Shown here: one piece after another, positions 1 through 8,073 of the stretch
How the letters are laid out: the number at the start of each line of letters is the position of its first letter
Position numbering within the stretch: the stretch's first letter is position 1
From: Brevundimonas sp.
GTDB taxonomy: Bacteria; Pseudomonadota; Alphaproteobacteria; Caulobacterales; Caulobacteraceae
Length of the DNA: 64,000 nt
Assembly (NCBI RefSeq): GCF_031412435.1
Contig: NZ_JANODA010000083.1
Span: 17,220 to 81,219, forward strand
Direction of reading: 5' to 3'
The notes under the pieces: generated by a model
What the model was told of the DNA's origin: nothing
The model's database searches: none
The model's input: the letters and a program-made list of their open reading frames with translations, nothing else
Made by a program: the position numbers and the translations under genes

Positions 1-1
1 G

Positions 2-610
2 GGCCTCTACTGGCGAGCACAGGGCCAGGCCTGGAGCACCTGGGCGCGCGCGGCGGGCGGCTACGCCAGCTTCGATTCGACGCGCCAGCTGGTCACCCAG
101 AACATCAACCTCATCAACACCTCCAGCTGGAACGGCTTCACGCTGTCGCTGGGCGGCGGCGCCTCTTACGAGCGCAATTTCGGCCGCCTGAGCATCCGGC
201 CCGAAGTCTTTGCCGAGTATTTCTCGCTGAGCGAGGACGCCCACGTCGAGGAAGGGCTGGAAGACGGCTTCAACCTCGAGATCGAGGACCGCGACGGCCA
301 TCTGTTCACCGGCGTCGCCGCCGTGAACATCGGCTACGGCTTCGGCGAGAACGGCTGGATCCGCCCCGAGGTTCGCCTCGGCTGGCGTCAGAACTTCTCG
401 GTCGATCCGGGCGAGACGATCGCCCGCTTCGCCTCGGGCGGCTCGGCGTTCACCCTGACGCCGGACTCGATCGAAGGCGGCGGCCCGATCGCGGGCTTCC
501 ACCTCAGCGTAGGCAACGACCTGGGCAAGATCTCGATCAGCGCCGATGCCGAAATGATCGAGGACTACGTCCGTTACACCCTGCTGCTTCGGGCCAGCTT
601 CCGGTTCTGA
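2..610 (+). CDS. Autotransporter outer-membrane beta-barrel domain, C-terminal part (5'-truncated by window edge)
   Basis: Frame 2 is open from the window start to TGA 608-610. Alternating beta-strand-like sequence ends in ...LLLRASFRF, the aromatic C-terminus typical of autotransporter or OMP barrels. Confidence 0.7.
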   Translation, partial: GLYWRAQGQAWSTWARAAGGYASFDSTRQLVTQNINLINTSSWNGFTLSLGGGASYERNFGRLSIRPEVFAEYFSLSEDAHVEEGLEDGFNLEIEDRDGHLFTGVAAVNIGYGFGENGWIRPEVRLGWRQNFSVDPGETIARFASGGSAFTLTPDSIEGGGPIAGFHLSVGNDLGKISISADAEMIEDYVRYTLLLRASFRF

Positions 611-684
611 TCAGGTTGACCAGGTTGGTCGTAAACCTTGGTCGACTTGGTCGTGAATCCTGGTCGGTTTGACGATGCAAAGAC

Positions 685-717
685 AAAGGCCGCCGGAGCG
701 ATCCGGCGGCCTTTTCT
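685..717 (+). terminator. Rho-independent terminator after the autotransporter gene
   Basis: ggccgccgg (688-696) / agcgat loop / ccggcggcc (703-711), followed by ttttct. An upstream aaa run can pair with the T-run. Confidence 0.7.
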
Positions 718-725
718 GTGACCGG

Positions 726-770
726 TGGTAGGCGGCGACGGGTTCGAACCGCCGACCCTCTCGGTGTAAA
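726..770 (-). other. 3' fragment of tRNA-Val(UAC), anticodon loop to CCA; putative att repeat of the adjacent integrative element
   Basis: Minus strand reads TTTACAC-CGAGA-GGGTC-GGCGG-TTCGAAC-CCGTC-GCCGCCT-A-CCA. That covers the anticodon loop with TAC, the 3' anticodon stem, variable loop, T-arm, 3' acceptor strand and CCA. No D-arm, 5' acceptor strand or matching 5' anticodon stem lies upstream. Confidence 0.7.
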
Positions 771-954
771 TGGCCCCAGATGCAGTTTTTCTGCTTTTCT
801 CTGCGTTTCAAAGTCGCAGTAAGTTGTTGTTTTTCATAGCATCGGCTGTTTCACCCCTTTGCACGGGTTTGCAGCGAATCTTGCACCAACTGCCCCCCTA
901 TTGCCCCCCTAAATGATAGGCTGGCGGCGTCTGATTTGCTCAGGACGTCGCCCG

Positions 955-2478
955 ATGCCCAGTCACGTCATCACCACGGATCGTCAGCTCGCGAGTCTCA
1001 AGCCGCTCGACCGCCGGTACGAGCGTCGCGTCTCCGGCGCGCGGGGGCTGAGTGTCAGGGTCTGGCCGTCGGGTCTGACCCAGTTCGAGGTCCGGTTCGC
1101 CGTGCGCGGCGGACCCCGGCGACGCACTGTCCTGGGCGACTATCCGGCGGTCTCTCTCGCCGATGCGCGGGAGATGGCGACGGCGCTCAGGCTGGACATC
1201 ATAAAGGGCATAGACCCCGTCGCCGAGCGCGCCGCCGCTCTCGTCCCGGCCCCGCCGCAGGAGACGCTGGACGAGGTCGCAGAGATGTACTGGGCGGCGG
1301 CGGACCTCGGCCTGCACGGCGGCCGGAGGCGGCCCAAACGTCCCAGGACGATCGCCAACGAACGACACCTCTGGAAGCGGCATATCTCGACCTCCCTCGG
1401 CGCGATGGCGCCGCGCGATCTGAAGCGGGCCGAGGTCAAGGCCTTCATGCGCTCGCTTGTGACCGAGCGGCGCCTCTCGGCCGCCAGCGCCGCCTCCATC
1501 GGCGGGCTCCTTCACAGCGTCATGGCCTATTGCGTCCAGGAAGAGATGCTCGACGCCAATCCCGTGGTCGGCCTGGCGCGCCCGCTGGCCCTGGTCTCGC
1601 GCGACCGCTTGCTCGACGAAGCTGGTCTCAAGCTCGTCTGGGAGATCGCGCTGGACGGGGCCCACCCCCGACCGCCGGGCTACCTCAACGTCGGCCTGGC
1701 GGCCCGGCCGGAGCCCGTGATGGCGCTCGCCATCCAGTTCCTCATGCTCACCCTGACCCGCCGCAATGAGGTGGCCGGCGCACGGAAGTCGGAGTTCGAC
1801 CTGGACGCCGGGCTCTGGGTCATTCCGGCCGAACGCGCCAAGGCGAACCACCAGCACGTCGTTCCGCTGAGCCCCCAGGCTCTGGCGGTGCTCGCCGAGG
1901 CTTTCGGGCTCGATCCCGCCAGTCCCTTTGTCTTCCCCTCCCCGCGCGTCGCGGATCAGTGCATCGACGAACAGGCGATCACGCGGACGTTTTCGCGCAT
2001 CTTCGAGCGCCGGAAACTGCCGCTTCGCTCCCCGCACGATGTGCGCCGGACCGGGGCGACGACCCTGACCGGGCGCTATGGCGTGACCCGCTTCATCGTC
2101 GGCCTGGTCCTGGGGCACACGCCCAGGGACGGCGCGGCGGTCACGGCCGTCTATGACCGCTACACCTATGTCGCGGAGAAGCGGGACGCCCTGGTGAAGT
2201 GGGCGGGGCATCTGACCGGCGTGCAGCTCGAAGCGCGCGCGCCCGAGCCCGAACCCACCACCCTGGCCGCCGAGGACCTGGAGAAGGCGAAGCGCCGGGC
2301 CCTCGGCCTCTGCGCCGAGGGGCGGACCCAGCAGGCGGTGATGACCATGTGCATGGCCGCCAGCCGGGTCGGCGCGGTCTCGCCGGCCCACATGGATCTG
2401 CTGGCCAATGTGGGTCTGGAGCTCGCGGGCAAGAACGACTGGTCGGACCTGGAGACGTGGATTCACGGGTTCGGCTGA
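955..2478 (+). CDS. int: Tyrosine-type site-specific integrase (P4-like, with an N-terminal arm-binding-like region and a long C-terminal extension)
   Basis: ORF 913-2478; the likely start is ATG 955 (MPSHVITTDRQLASLKP...). Catalytic-region motifs are HDVRRTGATTL, VLGH and a downstream Y (VYDRYTY). It sits next to the tRNA fragment. Confidence 0.9.
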   Translation: MPSHVITTDRQLASLKPLDRRYERRVSGARGLSVRVWPSGLTQFEVRFAVRGGPRRRTVLGDYPAVSLADAREMATALRLDIIKGIDPVAERAAALVPAPPQETLDEVAEMYWAAADLGLHGGRRRPKRPRTIANERHLWKRHISTSLGAMAPRDLKRAEVKAFMRSLVTERRLSAASAASIGGLLHSVMAYCVQEEMLDANPVVGLARPLALVSRDRLLDEAGLKLVWEIALDGAHPRPPGYLNVGLAARPEPVMALAIQFLMLTLTRRNEVAGARKSEFDLDAGLWVIPAERAKANHQHVVPLSPQALAVLAEAFGLDPASPFVFPSPRVADQCIDEQAITRTFSRIFERRKLPLRSPHDVRRTGATTLTGRYGVTRFIVGLVLGHTPRDGAAVTAVYDRYTYVAEKRDALVKWAGHLTGVQLEARAPEPEPTTLAAEDLEKAKRRALGLCAEGRTQQAVMTMCMAASRVGAVSPAHMDLLANVGLELAGKNDWSDLETWIHGFG

Positions 2479-2800
2479 CGGAGCGGTGAGGACCAGGGGA
2501 ATGGGGATGTCAGGCGCCGAGACGCTCCCGACCACTACGAGATGTCAGGCCTCACGCCGCCCCCCAAGCGTCACATGGGCCGCCATCTGCCGTCCCAACG
2601 CAGGGCAAAGCCCCTGCTTTGGCAAACGCCGGCCAGTTGCCCTGTTTTCCGCGCCTCGGATGCGAGACGGACAAGGGGGCGACGGGTCGGGGGGACAGGC
2701 GCCGTTCTTGGCAGCGACGGATCGGCTGGCCGAACATCGGACCGAGCATCTGCCGCGTGCGAGGGCGGGGACCAGTATGACGGACTTCTGTCCTGTTATA

Positions 2801-2841
2801 GCAGGAGGGGCCTATGTCCTTAGGACATAGGCCCCTCCTGC
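2801..2841. repeat. 41-bp perfect palindrome P1 (gcaggaggggcctatgtcct-t-aggacataggcccctcctgc)
   Basis: Read directly. The 20-nt arms are exact reverse complements around t2821. It shares the core TATGTCCT-N-AGGACATA with P2. Confidence 0.9.
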
Positions 2842-2888
2842 TTAGTCGTCAAATCCACCTTGAACGGATAGGGAACACACATTCGAGA

Positions 2889-2940
2889 TTGACCTACAGC
2901 TCGTATGGCCTTATGTCCTCAGGACATAAGGCCATACGAG
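2889..2940 (+). promoter_or_regulatory. Putative abiEi promoter (TTGACC-17-TATGTC) overlapped by 41-bp perfect palindrome P2 (2900-2940); candidate autorepressor operator
   Basis: P2 is ctcgtatggccttatgtcct-c-aggacataaggccatacgag and ends 1 nt before ATG 2942. TTGACC lies at 2889-2894 and TATGTC at 2912-2917. Assigning these hexamers as a promoter is an inference. Confidence 0.45.
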
Positions 2941-2941
2941 C

Positions 2942-3823
2942 ATGATGATATCTTTCACCGACGCTGTCGAAGCCGCCCTCTTGGCGGACGATCAACCGGC
3001 TGTCACCGACTATGATCTTTATGCGCGTGCGCGCGCAATCCGGGCGGCGGGCGAGTGGGATGGGCGAGCCATCAAACGGAACCCGACGGAGTGGGATGTC
3101 TCGCGGCTGCGCAGCTTGCTGCGCCGCCTCACCGACAAGAGCGCCATCGCGCAGGATATGGACTTCAACTCGGGCGTCTGGCGGATCGTTCAGTCGACGC
3201 GGGCGGGATCGGCCGAAGAGATCGCCTGCATCGCCGACCCGTTCTGCTACGTCTCCCATCTCTCAGCGATGCAGCGCTACGGACTGACCGACCGCAGCCC
3301 CGAAGCGCTCCACCTCACGCGTCCCGCCCGGGCGTTGTGGAATGCGATGCGGGACGAGAAAATGGGCCTGGAAGGCGCGGACGAGGAGGCGAAGGCCCTG
3401 TTCCTCCGGTTCGGCATCGGCGAGACCCTGAGACGGCGACCGGTCGTCACGCACGAGACGCGCCATCCCGCAACGCCGGTCGCGGTGCGTGGCGAGCGGA
3501 CGCGGATCAGCAGTATCGGGCGGACCTTTATCGATATGCTGACCCACCCGGACCTGTGCGGCGGCATGCGGCACGCGCTCGATGTCTGGGACCGATCGGC
3601 CGGCCAGTTCATCGACGAAATCATACCCGCCGTCGAGGCCACCTCGTCGAAGATCGACAAGGTCCGCGCCGGCTACATCCTGGAAGAACGACTGCAGATT
3701 GACGATCCGCGCATCCAGGCCTGGAGAGCTTTCGCCCAGCGCGGCGGATCGCGAAAGCTGGATCCCGAGGCCCCCTACGCTCCGACTTTCTCGGAAACCT
3801 GGATGATCTCCCTCAATGTCTGA
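2942..3823 (+). CDS. abiEi: AbiEi-family antitoxin / transcriptional regulator (type IV TA, abortive infection AbiE)
   Basis: 293 aa. Overlaps the downstream AbiEii-type gene by 8 nt. Contains ...FCYVSHLSAMQRYGLTDRSPE..., which resembles the AbiEi C-terminal domain signature. The family call rests mostly on the gene pairing. Confidence 0.7.
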   Translation: MMISFTDAVEAALLADDQPAVTDYDLYARARAIRAAGEWDGRAIKRNPTEWDVSRLRSLLRRLTDKSAIAQDMDFNSGVWRIVQSTRAGSAEEIACIADPFCYVSHLSAMQRYGLTDRSPEALHLTRPARALWNAMRDEKMGLEGADEEAKALFLRFGIGETLRRRPVVTHETRHPATPVAVRGERTRISSIGRTFIDMLTHPDLCGGMRHALDVWDRSAGQFIDEIIPAVEATSSKIDKVRAGYILEERLQIDDPRIQAWRAFAQRGGSRKLDPEAPYAPTFSETWMISLNV

Positions 3824-4739
3824 CGTTAAGCCGGTCGCCGGCTCGGCCGTCGATTTCGTCGATGTCGACATCCGCGCCTGGGTCGAGGAGGCCCGCGCCA
3901 ACCCGGCCGCCTATCGTGATCGGCAGGTCACAGAGATTGTCCTGACCGCGATCGGCATGGCCCCTCGTCTCAGTGACGCCCTGGTCCTGAAGGGCGGCAC
4001 CCTGATGGGACTTGCATTCGACAGTCTTCGCCTGACAGGGGATGTGGACTTTTCCGCCGACGCCGATCCGGAAGGGTTCGAGGATATCTTCTCGAATGAC
4101 CTGAACGCCCTGCTCTCCCCAACGGCGCTCAAGCTCGGGTATCTGGACCTTGTGTGCCGTGTGCAGTCGGTCCGAAAAATGCCGCGGCCAGAGAATTTTG
4201 CCGAGCACGACTTCCCCGCCCTCGGGATCAAGATCGCATCCGCGGTCCGCGGTACGGCAGAACAGGGGCGGCTTGACGCGGGGCTGGCGTCCCGCGTTCT
4301 GGACGTCGAGATCAGCTTCAAGGACAAGGTCTACGCCTCTCAGGATCTCAGGCTCACTGGCGCCGGGGTGGCGGTGCGAGCCTTCACCCTGCACGAGCTC
4401 GTCGCCGAAAAGCTTCGCGCGCTCCTGCAGCAGCCCATCCGCAAGCGATACCGTCGACAGGATGTGTTCGACATCGCCTTCCTGATCGAACACCACGACC
4501 TCCAGAGCGCGGACCTGGAGACGATCCATCGCACGCTCCTGGAAAAATGCGCGTCGCGCAGCATCTATCCCGACGCGACGTCCCTGGACGATCCTGAGGT
4601 TGTCCGGCGAGCAGAGGCGGACTGGGACACCCTGAAGCTCGAAATCTCCGACCTTCCCGCGTTTGAAAACCGGTTCACGCTGGTCCGCAGTCTCTATGCC
4701 GCACTGCCTTGGGCGGTGGCGAACGAAGCGGCCCCCTAG
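3816..4739 (+). CDS. abiEii: AbiEii/AbiGii-family nucleotidyltransferase toxin (DUF1814)
   Basis: 307 aa with the motif VLKGGTLMGLAFDSLRLTGDVDFSAD, typical of the AbiEii nucleotidyltransferase fold. Translationally coupled to the upstream gene. Confidence 0.85.
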   Translation: MSDVKPVAGSAVDFVDVDIRAWVEEARANPAAYRDRQVTEIVLTAIGMAPRLSDALVLKGGTLMGLAFDSLRLTGDVDFSADADPEGFEDIFSNDLNALLSPTALKLGYLDLVCRVQSVRKMPRPENFAEHDFPALGIKIASAVRGTAEQGRLDAGLASRVLDVEISFKDKVYASQDLRLTGAGVAVRAFTLHELVAEKLRALLQQPIRKRYRRQDVFDIAFLIEHHDLQSADLETIHRTLLEKCASRSIYPDATSLDDPEVVRRAEADWDTLKLEISDLPAFENRFTLVRSLYAALPWAVANEAAP

Positions 4740-4890
4740 ATCGACGCCCAATGCATCTCGACCGCCTACGACGCCTGAACGTTCGTAAGCCGTTCCAGCA
4801 CGGCGGAAGGCGGCGACTGAAATGCGGGCCGAACGCCCATGTGGTCCCGGGCCTGAATGCTCGCCCAAAGGCCGTTGCTCGCCCGTTCGC

Positions 4891-5331
4891 TCAAAAGCCG
4901 AAATCGATCTGATCGGGCGAGGCGGGAGACCTGCGCCGCCGTCCGGGTTTTTGGGGCGACGGCTCCGCCGTCGACAGATCGAGACAGGGCTGCGCCGGCC
5001 CGATGTCCGGGGGTTCGACCGACCGCTGCACAGGACGCACCGCAGGCCGGGACCGGTTAAAGCCAGGCAGCTTTGGCGCCCGTGCCGGGTTCAGCGCGCG
5101 CGCGGCCACGGACAACGGGGCCTCCCGCGTCCGCGCCGCCGCCCAGGCCATGAGCTCGCTTTCGCGCCACGCCACCCTGTTGACCGAGATTCGCACGGGC
5201 GCCGGAAAGCTGCCCGTGCGCTGCAGCCGCCAGGCGGTCGTCCGGCTGAGACCGGTGATGTCCTTCACCCGCCGCCAGCCCAGGAGCCGATCTTCCGTCC
5301 CGCCCGGCTCGATCGCGGCGCTGTCCGTCAT
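4891..5331 (-). CDS. alpA: AlpA-family phage/ICE regulatory protein (excisionase-like HTH) with a Pro/Arg-rich C-terminal tail
   Basis: N-terminus ...RLLGWRRVKDITGLSRTTAWRLQRTGSFPAPVRISVNRVAWRESEL matches the AlpA HTH pattern. The start overlaps the upstream stop (ATGA). Confidence 0.8.
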   Translation of the reverse strand: MTDSAAIEPGGTEDRLLGWRRVKDITGLSRTTAWRLQRTGSFPAPVRISVNRVAWRESELMAWAAARTREAPLSVAARALNPARAPKLPGFNRSRPAVRPVQRSVEPPDIGPAQPCLDLSTAEPSPQKPGRRRRSPASPDQIDFGF

Positions 5332-5522
5332 CGCGCAACGCCCAGGGCGGCCAGCACCGCGCCCTGACAGACCGCCTGCAGGACCGCAGCGTCATTGGCC
5401 GCATCGACGACATCGCGGGTCGCCCAGTCGCGCAACACGGCCTTGAGCGCGACGCTCGCGGCCGGATCGGCCAGGATCGCCTCGGCCGTCGGCCATGCGG
5501 ATCTGTCCAGAGCCTCAGACAC
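5328..5522 (-). CDS. Small hypothetical protein (64 aa, GTG start assumed)
   Basis: In-operon ORF between the HTH gene and alpA. The longer version in the track (to 5648) would overlap the HTH gene by >130 nt, so GTG 5520-5522 is preferred. Weak similarity to ORF 63658-63888. Confidence 0.35.
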   Translation of the reverse strand: MSEALDRSAWPTAEAILADPAASVALKAVLRDWATRDVVDAANDAAVLQAVCQGAVLAALGVAR

Positions 5523-5790
5523 GGCGCCGCGCCTGGGCCGCCGCCGGCGCCGCCGTCCGGACGTCCGAGATCTGGGACGCGGCCCAGGCTTCGAGCAGGT
5601 CGCGCGGATAGAAGGGCTTGGCGCGGATGTGCCGGCAGGGCGGCCCACCGCCCCCGGTCGACCAGAGCCGGGCCAGGGTCGCGGGCTTGAGCCGGATGCC
5701 GAACCGCTCCAGATGCGCCGCTGCCTCCGCGCGCGTCAGCAGGATCTCATTCGAAGACGGCGCAGCCGTTGTCTCGGACAACCCGGTCAT
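5515..5790 (-). CDS. Helix-turn-helix DNA-binding protein (excisionase/MerR-like HTH_17 type)
   Basis: MTGLSETT...ILLTRAEAAAHLERFGIRLKPATLARLWSTGGGPP...YPRDLLEAWA. The ATG overlaps the stop of the transglycosylase gene (ATGA at 5787-5790). Confidence 0.6.
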   Translation of the reverse strand: MTGLSETTAAPSSNEILLTRAEAAAHLERFGIRLKPATLARLWSTGGGGPPCRHIRAKPFYPRDLLEAWAASQISDVRTAAPAAAQARRRV

Positions 5791-6389
5791 GGCGCGTCTC
5801 CGGTCGGCCGGCACTGGCTTGAGCGCCGCACGCCCCGGCCGGCGCTCAGGGCGAGGTAGCAGTCCACCACGGTCGCGACGTAGGCCTCGGTTTCGGCAAT
5901 CCGGGGGATGCGGCCGAGCCTCGCTACGCGACCGGGGCCCGCGTTGTAGGCGGCGAGAGCCAACCGGACGTCCCCGAACCGGATCAGCTGCCGGGCCAGA
6001 TAGTCGGCGCCGCCCGAGAGGTTCTGGTCGACGTCGAACCGGTCGGTCACCCCGAGTTCGGCCGCCGTGCCCGGCATCAGCTGGGTCAGCCCGCCGGCCC
6101 CGACGGGGGAAACGGCGTGAACGTGATAAGCGGATTCCACAACCACGAGGGCGTGGAGCAGCTTTGGGTCCAGACCGTGCCTGCGGGCCGCGCGGTCTAT
6201 GGCCGCCATGAAGGGCTGGGACAGCGGCTCCAGTCTCGGCTCCGGGTCGCCCGCACCGGCGACCTCCACAGGCTCAAGACTCGCGGGCGGTCCGAACAGG
6301 TCGCCCCCAGCCTGACGCCAGTCGACCGACTGGGCCTGCACCGTCGTCGGCCAGAGCGACATCGCCGCGATCAAGGCCAGTCTCACCAT
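5787..6389 (-). CDS. Lytic transglycosylase (SLT domain, VirB1-like)
   Basis: Signal peptide MVRLALIAAMSLWPTTVQA. SLT motifs VVVESAY, GAGGLTQLMPGTA and AYNAGPGRV. Confidence 0.85.
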   Translation of the reverse strand: MVRLALIAAMSLWPTTVQAQSVDWRQAGGDLFGPPASLEPVEVAGAGDPEPRLEPLSQPFMAAIDRAARRHGLDPKLLHALVVVESAYHVHAVSPVGAGGLTQLMPGTAAELGVTDRFDVDQNLSGGADYLARQLIRFGDVRLALAAYNAGPGRVARLGRIPRIAETEAYVATVVDCYLALSAGRGVRRSSQCRPTGDAP

Positions 6390-6895
6390 GTCAGGATCTC
6401 CCGAAACACCCCGTCGAGATCCTCGACCTCAACGGGTCCGAAATACCGGCTGTCGAAACTGCCCGGCGTGTCTCCCAGGACGAACAGCTCGCCGCGACCC
6501 AACCGGCGGCACCCCCGCCATTGGGGCAGGGTCCCGCCCCGGCGATCCCGCTCGACCACGGGGGCGGTCCGGCCGGCGGCCGTGACCGCAGCCCGCTCGC
6601 GGCAGACGAGATCGCCTTCGATCGCGGCCACCCGTTTGATCAGCAGCACCTGCGGCGGCATGCCGAGCGCCCCGAGGTAGGCGCGGGCCGCCGGCGGTTG
6701 CGGCAGGGCGACGGTGGCGCCCCGCTCTGGCGCGGCGCCGATCTCACGCAGATAGAGGCCCCGGGGCAGGCTCGGGCTCTCATTGACGAGGGCCAGGGCC
6801 GGCGTCCTGTCGGCCACGGCGGCGGCGCAGCCGAGCACGAAGACCACGACCCCGAGCGCCGGCCAGCGGTTTCCATTGTCCAGGGGCGAGGTCAT
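6383..6895 (-). CDS. traF: Conjugative-transfer signal peptidase TraF (S26 family)
   Basis: N-terminal TM segment, SLPRGLY..., LIKRVAAIEGD, FVLGDTPGSFDSRYFGPV. These are S26/TraF signatures. Embedded in the T4SS operon. Confidence 0.8.
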   Translation of the reverse strand: MTSPLDNGNRWPALGVVVFVLGCAAAVADRTPALALVNESPSLPRGLYLREIGAAPERGATVALPQPPAARAYLGALGMPPQVLLIKRVAAIEGDLVCRERAAVTAAGRTAPVVERDRRGGTLPQWRGCRRLGRGELFVLGDTPGSFDSRYFGPVEVEDLDGVFREILTW

Positions 6896-8073
6896 GGCCG
6901 GTAGGGCTCCAGGATCAGGTCCCGGGTGATCATCACCCGCACCCGGGCGCCGGGCTGCAGGCGGATCGAGGGCCGGACCTGCAGCTCCCGGTCGATGAGC
7001 CGACCGCCGACCTGCGCGCCTTCGATGGCCGCCGCATCGCCGGCGTCGCCCAGCAGGCCGCCCGAACCCCGACCGTCGCCGTCCCGGGCGATCTGTCCCA
7101 GGGTCGTGACGGCGCCCGCGAACAGGGTCCCGACCAGGAGCGGCAGAAGCCGCCGGTCGACCGCTCCCAAGACGCCCACGGCGCCCTGGGCGTCGACGCC
7201 GGGCTCCCCGGTCAGGACCAGGCTCTTGCCGTTGGGCAGGATGAGCCGGTCCCAGGCGAGGAAGGCGCGACGATCGCCATAGGCGCTCTCGCCCTCATGG
7301 CGTCCGATCAGGCGCGTCCCCTGCGGCAGCACCAGGTGGCGACCGCTGACGGAATCGAAGACGTTCTGGGACACCGTCGCCACCACCGGCCCGGCCCGGG
7401 CGGTATCCACCCCGGTCAGCAGCACCGCCGGAATGATGGCCCCCGCCTTCAGTTCGTAGGGCGAGAGGGGCGCGGTCAGGACATGGCCATTGTAGGTGGC
7501 GCCGATGTCGGCGACGTCGGCGCCGGCGGCGCGGGCGGACCCGCCGGCCGGACCCCCGTCCCCGGTCGGCGCCGCGCCCTGGGCCGTCTCGAAGAACAGA
7601 CCCGAACGCGCCGCCAGTTCCAGCGGGCCCGGCCCACGCTCGCGCGGCTCGGATCGCGGCGCATAATCGCCGCCATAGGCGCGGACGGGCTCGGCCCGGT
7701 GAGGCGCCACCGCCTCCGTCTCCGGGTCCGGTTCGGCGGCATGGCGCGGCTCGGGCAGACGGTCATAGGTCGCCGGCTGATCGGTGACGGCCTCGGCGGG
7801 CCGCACCACGCCGCGCGCCTCGTCTTCCCGGCTCTCGGCCGCCCGCGCCCGGGCGTTGTCGCGCAGTTCCGGCTGGATCACGAAGGCCCAGGCCAGGGAG
7901 CCGGAGACCAGTACGGCCCCGCCGATGACGATCGCCTGGACGACGGACTTGCGCAGCCGGGTCGCGGGCGGCCGCGGCGCCCGCATCGACAGGCCGGGCG
8001 GCGGCGTCTTGGCGGCCGGCCGGGCGGTCACGGCGTCTTCGGTCTCAAGACCGGGGTCAGGAGGACGGGTCAT
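6892..8073 (-). CDS. trbI: TrbI / VirB10 T4SS protein
   Basis: Start ATG 8071-8073 overlaps the trbG stop. TM segment VVQAIVIGGAVLVSGSLAWAFV, a Pro-rich linker, and a C-terminal TrbI domain (GAIIPAVLLTGVDT...LPQGTRLIG...LPNGKSLVL). Confidence 0.9.
   Translation of the reverse strand: MTRPPDPGLETEDAVTARPAAKTPPPGLSMRAPRPPATRLRKSVVQAIVIGGAVLVSGSLAWAFVIQPELRDNARARAAESREDEARGVVRPAEAVTDQPATYDRLPEPRHAAEPDPETEAVAPHRAEPVRAYGGDYAPRSEPRERGPGPLELAARSGLFFETAQGAAPTGDGGPAGGSARAAGADVADIGATYNGHVLTAPLSPYELKAGAIIPAVLLTGVDTARAGPVVATVSQNVFDSVSGRHLVLPQGTRLIGRHEGESAYGDRRAFLAWDRLILPNGKSLVLTGEPGVDAQGAVGVLGAVDRRLLPLLVGTLFAGAVTTLGQIARDGDGRGSGGLLGDAGDAAAIEGAQVGGRLIDRELQVRPSIRLQPGARVRVMITRDLILEPYRP

Noticed and set aside
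726-805. A complete tRNA gene next to the integrase.
   Set aside because: Only the anticodon loop to the CCA end folds. The sequence 5' of the anticodon loop (…CTGGGGCCA) cannot pair with the 3' anticodon stem CGAGA. No D-arm or 5' acceptor strand (AGGCGGC) is present.
940-2535. 531-aa ORF antisense to the integrase gene. Similar long overlapping or antisense ORFs include 9275-10525(+), 12964-14952(+), 22912-24171(-), 29452-31692(-), 58224-59501(-) and 19465-20988(+).
   Set aside because: They have Arg/Pro/Gly/Ala-rich, low-complexity compositions with no recognisable motifs. Each is fully overlapped by a gene with clear family signatures on the other strand or frame. This is the typical stop-codon-poor artefact of ~67% GC DNA.
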